A DNA stretch of 64,000 bases from an uncultured Nitrososphaerota archaeon. Lineage in GTDB: Archaea; Thermoproteota; EX4484-205; JAAOZO01. This document shows, piece after piece, positions 10,346 to 20,165 of this stretch. Under the pieces are notes generated by a model. The model worked only from the letters and a program-made list of their open reading frames with translations. It searched no databases and was not told the origin of the DNA. A program made the translations under genes and the position numbers. The stretch lies in NCBI GenBank assembly GCA_964408285.1, contig CAYOYV010000001.1, positions 32,001 through 96,000 on the forward strand. The letters run 5' to 3'. Each line of letters begins with the position of its first letter. The stretch's first letter is position 1.

Positions 10346-10587
10346 TGTGATATTTAAATGTTGCTCCATCTGCAACGGATTCTCCGCCAAGAGACATCCC
10401 CATTATATCGCACAGTCCATAATGTTGACCTTGTTCGCTGCAATCCTGCGCGGTTCGGAGAATTCTTGAGTTCGAGACCTTAATCCTAGAGTAACCGGAC
10501 GGAAAGAAGCAGCAATGGAGGCCGCGACATGGGAAGATCTGCTGATCTGACTACCAGGGAGTATAGGGATATCTGCCGGAAGAACTC

Positions 10588-10905
10588 CTATTTCTTCTCG
10601 CCCAGGAGTACTCTCCAGTCCACGTGCTTTGTGACCAGGTCAACCAGCATCTGCTTCAGATTGCTCTGGGCCTCCTCCTTCCCCAACTGGCTCGAGTTCC
10701 AGGTCACAAAAGGCGGATAGAATGACCCCTCTTTGAATTTGGCCTTCCCATCCTGAACAGTGAATTTCAGATAGCCAAGTTCCCTAAGATAGCAGGTCTC
10801 ATTGGGGCATAATATGTCTATTTCATTGAGTTCCTTCTTGAGAAATAGCAGCTTGAACTCGCCTGCCTCATTGATATATCTTCCACATGGACACTGAATG
10901 GGCAT
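10588..10905 (-). CDS. Hypothetical Cys-containing protein (105 aa)
   Basis: CPCG and CPNETC motifs suggest Zn binding; clean ORF divergent from the thermosome gene. Confidence 0.75.
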   Translation of the reverse strand: MPIQCPCGRYINEAGEFKLLFLKKELNEIDILCPNETCYLRELGYLKFTVQDGKAKFKEGSFYPPFVTWNSSQLGKEEAQSNLKQMLVDLVTKHVDWRVLLGEKK

Positions 10906-11022
10906 GAAAGTAGAATCCGATTTGGCTTAAAAAATCTATCGATTGGCTTGAGGTACCTTCTGCCCATTTGGTTCAGAAGTCATACACGTGAATGAGCTCT
11001 CGCCTAGCCGGCGCTGAACGAT

Positions 11023-11077
11023 AAGGCAAAGCTTATAAGAGGTTTTTTGAGTATGCTGAAAATCAGATATGAGGTGA
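11023..11077 (+). promoter_or_regulatory. Thermosome promoter (BRE/TATA) and RBS
   Basis: A-rich AAGGCAAA followed by TTATAAGA (11033-11040); GAGGTGA at 11071-11077. Confidence 0.7.
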
Positions 11078-11085
11078 TGTGTTAG

Positions 11086-12747
11086 ATGGCTACAGCAGTT
11101 CCGGCAGCTGCGGCTGGAACCCCAATACTCATATTGAAGGAAGGAAGCACTAGATCAAGGGGCAAGGAAGCACAGAGGAACAATATCATGGCGGCCAAAG
11201 TCATTGCGGAAGTTGTGAAGACTTGTCTTGGCCCCAAGGGAATGGACAAGATGCTGGTTGACTCCCTTGGTGATGTCACTATAACGAATGACGGAGCTAC
11301 GATCCTGAAGGAAATGGAAGTGGACCATCCGGCGGCGAAGATAATGGTTGAGGTCGCAAAGACCACAGACCAAGAAGTTGGCGATGGCACGACCTCGGGA
11401 GTCGTTCTGGCTGGTGAACTTCTGAAGAAAGCGGAAGAGTTGCTTGATATCGAGGTGCATCCGACCGTCATTGCTGAGGGCTACAGGCTTGCTGCTGGAA
11501 AGGCAATAGAGGGTTTGAAGGAATTCGCGGTGAAGGTAGACCCAAACGACAGGGAGATGCTGAAGAAGATCGCGATCACTTCATTGGCAGGCAAACTAGT
11601 CAAGGAAAACGCTGACTATCTTGCGGAGATCGTTGTCGATGCTGTCTGGAAGGTAACGAAGGAACAGGATGGCAAGTATGTTTCAAGAGTCGATGACATA
11701 AAGGTCGAGAAGAAGGCAGGAGGTTCAATCGGTGGGACAATTCTGATAGAAGGAATTGCGGTGGATAAGGAGGTGGTACATTCGGGAATGCCGAAGAGGG
11801 TCGAGAATGCCAAAATAGCGTTGATAAGTGGGCCGCTCGAGATTGAGAAAACGGAATTCGATGCGAAGATAAACATCGAAAGGCCTGAGCAGATAAAGGC
11901 CTTCTTGGATGAAGAACAAAGGATCCTGAAGGAGATGGCAGAAAAGGTCAAGGCATCTGGAGCAAGTGTTGCGCTCTGCCAGAAGGGAATAGACGATATA
12001 GCTCAGTACTATCTTGCCAAGGCTGGTATCCTTGCTGTGAGAAGGGTCAAGGAGTCTGATATGGAGAAGGCAGCCAAGGCGATCGGTGCGAGAGTCGTAA
12101 CGAATGTCGAGGATCTATCAGCGGCGGATCTTGGAGAAGCAGAACTTGTCGAGGAAAGAAAGCTTGGTGAGGACAAGTGGCTTTTCATAGAGAAATGCAA
12201 GAATCCGCTCTCTGTGACTCTGCTAATAAGGGGAGGAACCGAGAAGGTGGTTGACGAGACTGATCGAGCGCTCCATGACTGCATATATGTTGTGAAGGAC
12301 GTCATCATGAACCCGTACATAGTGGCAGGAGGAGGCGCAGTAGAGGTCGAGCTTGCGGTCAAGGTCAGGGACTTCGCTGAGAAGATAGCAGGGAAACAGC
12401 AACTTGTAGTCAGGAAATTCGCAGACGCACTTGAGGTAATTCCATCCTCGCTCTCAGAGACATCGGGCATGGACACTATAGACACTTTGGCCGAATTGAG
12501 AAAGCTTCACGAAGAGGGCCAGAAGTGGGCTGGAGTTGATGCGATAAACAGGAAGGCAAACGACATGTGGGCGAATAACATACTTGAACCGATGGTCGTG
12601 AAGGAACAAATCGTGAAGTCAGCCAGTGAGGCAGCAAGCATGATAATAAGAATCGACGATGTCATAGCATCAGGGAAACCGAAGGAGAGACCGATGCCAC
12701 CGAGGCCGCCAGAGGGAGGCATGGGTGGCCCAGGCGAGTTCGAGTAG
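11086..12747 (+). CDS. ths: Thermosome (group II chaperonin) subunit
   Basis: [32 protein letters not shown] motifs. Confidence 0.98.
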   Translation: MATAVPAAAAGTPILILKEGSTRSRGKEAQRNNIMAAKVIAEVVKTCLGPKGMDKMLVDSLGDVTITNDGATILKEMEVDHPAAKIMVEVAKTTDQEVGDGTTSGVVLAGELLKKAEELLDIEVHPTVIAEGYRLAAGKAIEGLKEFAVKVDPNDREMLKKIAITSLAGKLVKENADYLAEIVVDAVWKVTKEQDGKYVSRVDDIKVEKKAGGSIGGTILIEGIAVDKEVVHSGMPKRVENAKIALISGPLEIEKTEFDAKINIERPEQIKAFLDEEQRILKEMAEKVKASGASVALCQKGIDDIAQYYLAKAGILAVRRVKESDMEKAAKAIGARVVTNVEDLSAADLGEAELVEERKLGEDKWLFIEKCKNPLSVTLLIRGGTEKVVDETDRALHDCIYVVKDVIMNPYIVAGGGAVEVELAVKVRDFAEKIAGKQQLVVRKFADALEVIPSSLSETSGMDTIDTLAELRKLHEEGQKWAGVDAINRKANDMWANNILEPMVVKEQIVKSASEAASMIIRIDDVIASGKPKERPMPPRPPEGGMGGPGEFE

Positions 12748-12769
12748 GCGCTGGAGAACATTCTGGGAA

Positions 12770-12892
12770 GCGGCCGTGGTCTAGTCTCGTAGGACTCTGG
12801 TCTAGCAGCTTAAGTCCAGTCTCCCAGCGCAGGAAGATAGCTGGTGACCCGGGTGCAAAATCGTGTCAGCGATGTGAATCCCGGCGGCCGCA
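12770..12892 (+). tRNA. tRNA-Gly(CCC) with three putative introns
   Basis: Acceptor stem GCGGCCG/CGGCCGC plus A discriminator, T-stem CCGGG/CCCGG, anticodon arm CCAGT-CT-CCC-A..A-GCTGG. Removing about 12797-12815, 12827-12838 and 12860-12878 gives a 73-nt cloverleaf. Confidence 0.8.
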
Positions 12893-13163
12893 CCTTTTAT
12901 CTATCGACGGTTAGAAGTGATTCTCAAGCATTCAGATCATGCGGGGAACCCCGCCGCAGAACATTCACCTTTTGCGATGGTGGATTGTGGGTAGGAAGGT
13001 CATACAAGCGCAGGCATGAAACTCGATGCTCGGAGAAATGTTGGTCGAATCTGTTATTCCTTGCGGCCTTCATCCGGGAATCTTTGAGATCGAGTGAGGC
13101 GCCGTGCAATTGCAGGTAATCCTCTTCTGAGCCTTGGACTGCCATTTCAGCTACATGCAGCGA

Positions 13164-13712
13164 CTACCTTTTGGCTCCGCAACTGGGGCAAGCATCGAGG
13201 GTTTCGTCGTATAGACCATTGCAGTAAGCGCATCTTACCTTCACTATGACCTCCTTCTCCCTTATTATCTCCTTTACCGTTGGTGTAGTACTCGGCGGTG
13301 GTGGGGGTCCTTGAGCTTCGGCTTCCTTTCGTCCCTCAAGATCTAGGACATTGTTGAAAATCGGTGAAAAGGCGGCTTCAGCGGCCTCGAAGTACCGAGT
13401 GGCAGCACCGTAATCCTGAGCTGCGACTGAATAGAAGTAGTTGCCCAGAGTGTCCAGATAGGCGTTGCACTTTGGCACAGCCCATTCCAGGCCACTTGGC
13501 ATGGAGAATTCTTCAAGTTCCATTCTGAATTTCAGTATGTCGTCCCGCGCCTGCATCGCGACACCTTGCAGAGCTCGGTTGCGGGTTTCCTTGTCCTCCA
13601 ATGCTGTTGATCGATCCGCCTCCCTCATCTTGAAGAAATCTGTATTCCACAGGCGATCATACACTCTATTCATCCAGTCTGCCAATCCATACTTGTCAAT
13701 CTGCTTGCCCAA
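13164..13712 (-). CDS. Hypothetical protein with C-terminal zinc ribbon
   Basis: Pro-rich linker, then KEVIVKVRCAYC...CPSCG. Confidence 0.8.
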   Translation of the reverse strand: MGKQIDKYGLADWMNRVYDRLWNTDFFKMREADRSTALEDKETRNRALQGVAMQARDDILKFRMELEEFSMPSGLEWAVPKCNAYLDTLGNYFYSVAAQDYGAATRYFEAAEAAFSPIFNNVLDLEGRKEAEAQGPPPPPSTTPTVKEIIREKEVIVKVRCAYCNGLYDETLDACPSCGAKR

Positions 13713-13822
13713 TCTTTCGCGCTCGAGCCAATCATCAGGGCTGGGGCATTATTAACGCTTCTTGGAGGTCCAGATTCAATTCGAGGGGACTCTGGCTCGA
13801 TTCTTCGGAGTTCCTTTGCATC

Positions 13823-14230
13823 TTACTCTCCTATGAATATCGCAGAACTCCCCAAAGCGCAACAGAGGACGAGAATCGAAATGAAAATAATGCTCTTGTT
13901 AGGCCTCCTTCTGAGGATATACAAGAGCAGACAGAATCCGGAGATAAGACTAAGGACTATTGCCATGAAATATATGCCGAAGGGCACCGGTATTATGAAG
14001 AAAGTCAGGAAGCGATAGAAATGTATGTAGGAGAACATCTTCCCCATCGGCAACCACCAAGCAAAGAAGTCATCCCAAAAGGTTCTAACAAAAGAGAATA
14101 TCCTGCAGATCGAAACCAGAATCGTATCGAATTCACCACGGAGAGGGCCTGCCGCCGATTGATGCCGAATTCCCCCGTGTTCGTCATAGCCACCAGAAGC
14201 GTATGGCCTCTATAGGATTATCCTTGACAT
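13823..14230 (-). pseudogene. Membrane protein ORF interrupted by one in-frame TAG
   Basis: ATG 14230, TAG at codon 7 (14210-14212), then an open frame to 13823 with 2-3 hydrophobic segments. Confidence 0.4.
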
Positions 14231-14263
14231 ATCCCGGGCGATTGCGGACCAAAGTACAGCCGA

Positions 14264-15031
14264 TCATCGCCATACCGAATCCGGCGGCTCGATGGTTTTG
14301 GGATCCTCAATTCCATGCCGAGAAGATATTTCGAAAGCGGATGACGGACTGGTTTCTGTGAAACGATGTCGGAGATCTATCCTGGCCCAATCATATGGGG
14401 GTATCATCACATGCCAAGATACATGCATCTCCCAGCTCTCTGAGAAGAAGAGGTAGTGAGTAACGACCAACCATTCCGGGCTCACGATCGTCCCTATCCA
14501 GTCTGTCTTATTCGTAATGCCGAGCTCTGGGTGATTGGCCGCCAACCACGTAACGAACGTTTGACGGATTCCTGCAGCATAGCGCCGCAACTCCTCTTGG
14601 GCATCGGGTCCTCCGAAATCCCCTTCGAGCACCCCGAAGGTGACCGAATCCCTTTGCACGAGCCCTTGCCGTTCGCCGCGGACAGTTATTGTGATGTTTT
14701 CTCCAGCACTGTCTTCACCAGGTACCACTGTTATCTCGGCTACTTGCCCTAGCGCAATAGTAGAAGGCTCAATCGTGACCAACGCAAGACGTACAGGGGA
14801 AAGACTCGCGGATATGTTCACAGACTCACCTTCTCCTCTTCCTCGTCCTTCATCAACAACGGTGACCAGGAAAACAAGTCTCTGGCCGGGAATGCTTCCT
14901 CCTTTGATGCTCTCTGGAATTACCATGATGGAGAAGGGAGCTGGCATCTGATTCTGTTGGAACAGTGCGATGATTGAGATGCAGACAACCACGACAACTA
15001 CTGCGATCAGAAGTCCCTTTCTTCTGGTCAT
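14264..15031 (-). CDS. Secreted/membrane-anchored hypothetical protein with Ig-like domain
   Basis: Basic N-terminus plus hydrophobic helix; beta-rich middle region. Confidence 0.8.
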   Translation of the reverse strand: MTRRKGLLIAVVVVVVCISIIALFQQNQMPAPFSIMVIPESIKGGSIPGQRLVFLVTVVDEGRGRGEGESVNISASLSPVRLALVTIEPSTIALGQVAEITVVPGEDSAGENITITVRGERQGLVQRDSVTFGVLEGDFGGPDAQEELRRYAAGIRQTFVTWLAANHPELGITNKTDWIGTIVSPEWLVVTHYLFFSESWEMHVSWHVMIPPYDWARIDLRHRFTETSPSSAFEISSRHGIEDPKTIEPPDSVWR

Positions 15032-15163
15032 TGACAGAGAGCGGATTCGGTGCCTTCGTATATCAGTGTTTTGCCTTTCAGGCCGACTACTCGCTTGACA
15101 CTAGGCTTAAATACCGAAAGCCATCCTCGCCCGCAACAAGGCCTGCAAAGTGGGATTCTCGAG

Positions 15164-15655
15164 ATGGACGGGAAAAGCGCCCTTAGAGGGAGAAAGTTGC
15201 TTTTGATGGGCAGCGCATTCTACCGAGAAAAGGCCCTGCCCCCAGCAGTCAAGAGCACGATAGACGAGGCCATTGCGAGAAAGATGAAAATCATTGTCGG
15301 AGAGGCCCACGGAGCAAGCAGGTCTTTCCAAGACTATCTCAAGTCCAAGGGCTACCGAAATGTAGTCGTTGGACATGCGATGAGAATTAGGTATAACGCA
15401 GGCGACTGGAAAACAAAACAATATGGACAGGACCTCCAGGAAAGGGAGAGAAGGATGATCGAGGACTGTGATTCAGCAATTGTCATGTGGGTGGACCAGA
15501 GCAGTGTGATAGCTGAGGATCTGGAACGCCTCAAGAGGCTGGGAAAACCAACGCTCTTGTATGAATATTCGAACAAGACCAAGATCTCCAAAATAGGTCC
15601 ACTTGATCCCAAGCGAATATACTCCCTGGGTTATTACATCTGGCATCGCAAGTAA
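15164..15655 (+). CDS. SLOG-superfamily (YspA/DUF2493-like) protein
   Basis: IIVGEAHGASRSFQDYL and RERRMIEDCDSAIVMW...LGKP resemble the SLOG Rossmannoid motifs. Confidence 0.6.
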   Translation: MDGKSALRGRKLLLMGSAFYREKALPPAVKSTIDEAIARKMKIIVGEAHGASRSFQDYLKSKGYRNVVVGHAMRIRYNAGDWKTKQYGQDLQERERRMIEDCDSAIVMWVDQSSVIAEDLERLKRLGKPTLLYEYSNKTKISKIGPLDPKRIYSLGYYIWHRK

Positions 15656-15793
15656 CAGAATGGAACAGGAGGCAGCAAACGAACCGAGAGACTCGTCCAT
15701 CTCACTTACATCGACGATCGGTTCCGTCATTCCATTGAAGGTATCCTCAGGTCTTGTCGAACCCGCTTGACAATATGATCGACAATCGAATCT

Positions 15794-16618
15794 TTAGGAT
15801 TTCCTCCTCTGACACTTCGGGCAAATATAAGTAGCCGTGGCCCCAGTCCTGATCTTCCGTATGGTTGTATGGCACACAGGACAAGGTTTTCCTTCCCTGT
15901 AACCGACAAGAAATTCTTTCGAGTCGAATCTACCGTTCCGACCGTAGAAATCCTTCTCATATGCCAATCCCCCCAGTTCGATGCTCCGATTGAGAGTCCT
16001 GACGATTGCCCGATGTAACTTGACAATCTCCTTCTCGGAAAGAGACGATGCTTTCCGCTCTGGGTGCAACCTCGCTCCAAAGAGTATGTCCTGTATGTAG
16101 ACGTTCCCTATGCCAGCCAACTCCTTCTGGTCAATCAGGAAGCTCTTTATCCCCATTTTTCTGCCAGCCAATAGGCTCTTGAGGCGCTCTTCCGTAAATC
16201 CTTCCTCCAGTGGCGATATTCCCAAGCCGGAAGTCAGCTTATGTCTCCCTAGGTCACCTTCCTCCACAAGGTGCACATAGCCGAACCACCAGAAGCGTAT
16301 CGTGAATCCAGTTCCATCTGTAAAGGTGACCCCAAATTGATACCGTCTGGGCGATTCGCGCTTCGGCGTAGAGTAAAGCAACTCTGCACCCATCCCAAGA
16401 TTGATCAATAAGAAATAGCCAGGATTCAGTTTCAGGAAAATCCATTTTCCTCTACTCGAGACTCTTCCTACAGTCTTTCCTTCTACAGCATTCATGAATC
16501 TTCGAGCAGGAAGATTGAGGATCTTCAGCTGCTTCACTTCTACGCTGGAAATGCGCTTACCAGCAATGGTCCTGTCCATCTGTCGTGAGATTATTGTTAT
16601 CTCAGGGAGCTCAGGCAT
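15794..16618 (-). CDS. mutM: Fpg/Nei family DNA glycosylase/AP lyase
   Basis: N-terminal MPELPE, RGKW, H2TH motif AGIGNVY, C-terminal CPVC...CPKCQ zinc finger. Confidence 0.93.
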   Translation of the reverse strand: MPELPEITIISRQMDRTIAGKRISSVEVKQLKILNLPARRFMNAVEGKTVGRVSSRGKWIFLKLNPGYFLLINLGMGAELLYSTPKRESPRRYQFGVTFTDGTGFTIRFWWFGYVHLVEEGDLGRHKLTSGLGISPLEEGFTEERLKSLLAGRKMGIKSFLIDQKELAGIGNVYIQDILFGARLHPERKASSLSEKEIVKLHRAIVRTLNRSIELGGLAYEKDFYGRNGRFDSKEFLVGYREGKPCPVCHTTIRKIRTGATATYICPKCQRRKS

Positions 16619-16815
16619 GTTGTTGTTGGCGGATGGGCCATTTTAAATGCGCTCTAAAGGAGACGCGTTGGGCAAGCAGTCTTCTTCAAGGCATGGGATA
16701 GATTTATGCATAGGCAAGGCTGGTTCGTCGAACAAGCGATGACCATGCACTGATTGGATTGGTCGATGGCATCCTCCACTCTGGGTGGTGAGGTACGTCT
16801 GTGAAGCCTTTTGAT

Positions 16816-16974
16816 CTAACCTTCTTTGACCATCCTCTGCAGCATGGTCTTGTACTGATCACAATTGTACCTAGAACTGCAGCCGCGGCAGTCCATTAGC
16901 TGATCGGATAGCCTCCATATAGGCATGCTTGCTATCCTAGTCTCATCGATTTGGCAGGCATCCCTTCGTTTCAT
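16816..16974 (-). CDS. Small Cys-rich protein (52 aa), below ORF-track cutoff
   Basis: MKRRDACQIDETRIASMPIWRLSDQLMDCRGCSSRYNCDQYKTMLQRMVKEG; TATA-like TTAAATA on the minus strand at about 17059-17065. Confidence 0.5.
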   Translation of the reverse strand: MKRRDACQIDETRIASMPIWRLSDQLMDCRGCSSRYNCDQYKTMLQRMVKEG

Positions 16975-17263
16975 GGATCATCTTCCTCGTGGGTGCAGCA
17001 AGATGCCGAGTAGCATGTTGCCCTTGCCCATGCCATAATTAGGAGCAGCACAGGAGGCTATTTAAGGGATAGCGAGACTGAATTAGCTCGCCACCGTTTC
17101 ATAGAATGATATGCAAAGATTCTATTCCTCCCCTCGGAGAAGAGGATTTGCATCAATCAACCCAGCGATTGTGCCCCCCGTCCTATCAGAGCCCTCGGGA
17201 TCAGCGGATCGAGGAAATCTTGGCTTCCATTCCTGAGACACGCGCGCGTGTGTTGCGTCCCGA

Positions 17264-20023
17264 TCAGAGAACGTACGCCCCAGAGGCCCAGTTCAGAAGA
17301 CTGTAGAAGAGATAGGTCTGATACCAGTGGCTTTCATGATGTCGCCTGTCCTCGAAATGATAATTGTCCTCAGAGGCTGTCTCCAGTCGGGATCCGATGT
17401 ATATGATCCTTTTCTTAGGGTCCTTCGATATGACAACAGCCGGCGTGCCCTCGATGGTGTCTGGTTGATCCTTAGGAGATGCGCCCCAAATCGCGCACAC
17501 AGCACCCCAATCTTTGGCACTTACCCTCGAAACTCGAAAGCCTGTCTCAGCTTCATACAAAGCCCGTTTTCTCAGAGCAGGACCAAGTAGTACGCCCTCT
17601 GGCTGGTCCTTCAAAGCCAAGTATCGTATAGTCTTGGATAGAAGGTGATTCTTCTCTCCAGATACGGGACAGTTCTTGCCGTGGAACGGTTCGCCCATCC
17701 ACAGAACCCCCGCGCCCAGATTCAGAAACTCGTCTGCAATTGCTCCGTGGGTTTTTGGATCGCAAGCTGCAAGCCAGATAGCGACATATTGGCCCTCCTT
17801 CAGAGCTGATCTTGCCTCCTCCAGATCCTTCAGGAAATAGAGATTCGGATAGGAATGCATTATTTTCTTGTCTATCCCTTCCGCATAGACGTAGAATTTC
17901 GTCGGAAAGACCCTGACCTTGACTCGATCAATTCCGCTCACATCGTCTAATTTCCATCGCATCGGGATATCGACATCGAGGTGTTCCCAGAGTCGGATGT
18001 GATGATTGCATGGCCTCAATTCTAGAGGGATTTTCCTAGCCTCTCCTGATTTCAGATCAAGATTGAATGAGGTCTTGTCAGAGACCCACCCCTGCGGTAG
18101 CTCCAGCGAAAGAGCAAATGAACCAGATTCACCATGATTTCTGACCTCGAGTTCATGCTTTGATACAACACACGGGGACTCTACCATTGGAGGAATGAGC
18201 CTCATGCAAAGTCTATCCCTGGCCTGAAGCAAGAGTGGAAATGAAGGAGCTGCAGTTCCATGAACTCTCACAAGAGGCGTAATCGCATACGCACGATCCT
18301 TCCTGGCAAACATTGGAAGAATTCCGAACCAGAATAGGTCGGTGTTTTCGTCTATCCTCTCGCTCTTCTTCTTGATGATTTTCCATCCCTCGGGAAGGTG
18401 CAGCTGCAGGTCATACTCGACTGGAACGATTCTGCTCACCCTAGCTTCCACTTCGATCAGTTGACCTGGGACAAAGCCGTTGTCCAACGGATCGGTCGGC
18501 GGGGTCTTTCCTCTAAGCCGAAGGCTTAGTTCAACCTGGGGGAAGATTTCCTCGCCGATCAACACGAGCACCCAGGTGATTATCTTCGGGACTTCAAATC
18601 GTATCTTCCGGTCTGCCGTTTCAGTTCGCAATTGCCTCACTCCCAGTTCAGGAGAAGCGAATGTGATTGCTGGAGGCCATTTAATACCAAATCCCGAAGT
18701 GTCCACTTCTATCCTTTGATTCTCCAAAGACGGGACGTTAGGGTCTATATTAAGCACGTGAAGGATGAGCTGTTGGCGGCCTTCGCTCAGGGCCCTTCTG
18801 TTCAATATGGTCCGAAGGGATCTTGGTGGTGAGTCGGGAGTCACGATGTCTTGAGGCACATACACATCGACATATGGGCCATACAGATAGTCCGAGAATC
18901 GCCTTGAGAATCTTATGTAGTCATCTGAAGGGTGACTATGGCTCACATCCGTTCCTTTATCTGCCAATGTTGTAACAAAGGAGAGGTTGAGATATTCCTT
19001 CTCGAACGATTCATATCCATGCCATCCCCACCAAGGGATGTTGCAGGCTCTCATGCTCCTTTCCCTCATGTTCCTATGGAATTCGTCCCAATTGCGAGGA
19101 CTGCCGATCGATTCGCCCATGGAAGTCCATCCGAACCTCCAATCCTCATCTACATACATTCTTGCAATGTTATTCGGGCAGACGACGAAATTCGGATTCC
19201 GCTCTGATAGGTAAGAAGCATCGCAGTATTTGCCAAACGCCTCATCTAGGTGAACATAGTCGAACCCGATCCTTCTGGCGAACTCAAGCTGATCCATCAT
19301 CCACCTGGAGAAATCCATATTCGGAGGGATGGAATCGTTCCACTCCGATGATGAACCTCTAGCTCCCCAAAACCTCTCCCTGCTTCCATGCCAATAGTGG
19401 CCGGCATATTGCCTCATGAACTCGTCCGTCCAATCATCTTCTGAATCAGGAAGCAGAGCATATGTTATGGCCATCATGCCTCCGCTCATGTAGGTGCCAA
19501 CCCTCTTGCCTTCCTCATGGAACTTCTCTATCATTGCTATGCCCTCCGGTGTTGGTCTGCAGTTGCACCTGTACCACAATCCATCTTGACTTTCAGGGAA
19601 GCCCTTCAGCGCCCAATCGCTTCCCGACATGAAGACTACGCCTCTTAGGTCATCAAAGGCCTCCACAGATTCGGTGGCCTGACCACCCACGTAATAATAG
19701 CGAAGCTCCCTGGCCCAATTCGGAAGTCTCAGAGATATGAGTGCGCCCTTGGCCCTCAACAAAGATTGCTTAGCCTCCAGTAGAAGAGATTCTCTGTCAA
19801 TGTTGAAGCCAATGTCGTAGTTCTTCGTTCTGCCCTCGTATCCCCCTTCCCATCCCTTTGTGCCCCTGTACTCCTGTAGGAATCGCTCAGCCTGCTTCAG
19901 CTCACTCCCCACGTCCAAGAAGACATAACCCTCTTCCTCAGACTGCAAGACCTTTCTCTCTATGTCCTCCTTCAAACGCCACAATTCATTCTCTGTCTGC
20001 ATGTGCAGATCGATTGACAACAT
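17264..20023 (-). CDS. Large multidomain glycoside hydrolase-like protein (GH66-like TIM barrel plus beta-sandwich domains)
   Basis: IEKFHEEGKRVGTY...GFDYVHLDE barrel; LHVLN...FASPE...FEVPKIITW beta-sandwich; two LPEGW/LPQGW (NEW3-like) domains. Confidence 0.6.
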   Translation of the reverse strand: MLSIDLHMQTENELWRLKEDIERKVLQSEEEGYVFLDVGSELKQAERFLQEYRGTKGWEGGYEGRTKNYDIGFNIDRESLLLEAKQSLLRAKGALISLRLPNWARELRYYYVGGQATESVEAFDDLRGVVFMSGSDWALKGFPESQDGLWYRCNCRPTPEGIAMIEKFHEEGKRVGTYMSGGMMAITYALLPDSEDDWTDEFMRQYAGHYWHGSRERFWGARGSSSEWNDSIPPNMDFSRWMMDQLEFARRIGFDYVHLDEAFGKYCDASYLSERNPNFVVCPNNIARMYVDEDWRFGWTSMGESIGSPRNWDEFHRNMRERSMRACNIPWWGWHGYESFEKEYLNLSFVTTLADKGTDVSHSHPSDDYIRFSRRFSDYLYGPYVDVYVPQDIVTPDSPPRSLRTILNRRALSEGRQQLILHVLNIDPNVPSLENQRIEVDTSGFGIKWPPAITFASPELGVRQLRTETADRKIRFEVPKIITWVLVLIGEEIFPQVELSLRLRGKTPPTDPLDNGFVPGQLIEVEARVSRIVPVEYDLQLHLPEGWKIIKKKSERIDENTDLFWFGILPMFARKDRAYAITPLVRVHGTAAPSFPLLLQARDRLCMRLIPPMVESPCVVSKHELEVRNHGESGSFALSLELPQGWVSDKTSFNLDLKSGEARKIPLELRPCNHHIRLWEHLDVDIPMRWKLDDVSGIDRVKVRVFPTKFYVYAEGIDKKIMHSYPNLYFLKDLEEARSALKEGQYVAIWLAACDPKTHGAIADEFLNLGAGVLWMGEPFHGKNCPVSGEKNHLLSKTIRYLALKDQPEGVLLGPALRKRALYEAETGFRVSRVSAKDWGAVCAIWGASPKDQPDTIEGTPAVVISKDPKKRIIYIGSRLETASEDNYHFEDRRHHESHWYQTYLFYSLLNWASGAYVL

Positions 20024-20165
20024 TGATTAATACTTATTGTGCAAGGTGCAAATCCCTCTCTAGAGAGATCTGACGACATCCCGTGCGGGCTGTTTGCAGG
20101 ACTGTCGGTGCATCACATTTCCTTTGGCGCGATTCTTATATACACGCAACGGAATCCTTGCCAAA

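Noticed and set aside
11082-12761. Antisense ORFs over the thermosome gene and similar shadow ORFs throughout the track
   Set aside because: They are Ser/Phe-rich mirror frames of well-supported genes with no recognisable motifs.
12876-12894. tRNA 3' end as an att site of an integrated element
   Set aside because: I found no duplicate of the tRNA 3' end and no integrase in the window.
12844-13145. ORFs downstream of the tRNA (12844+, 12924-)
   Set aside because: One overlaps the tRNA; neither shows recognisable motifs or an RBS.
16816-17031. Selenocysteine readthrough of an in-frame TGA upstream of the 52-aa ORF
   Set aside because: No redox-motif context and no recognisable SECIS; the downstream ATG explains the ORF more simply.
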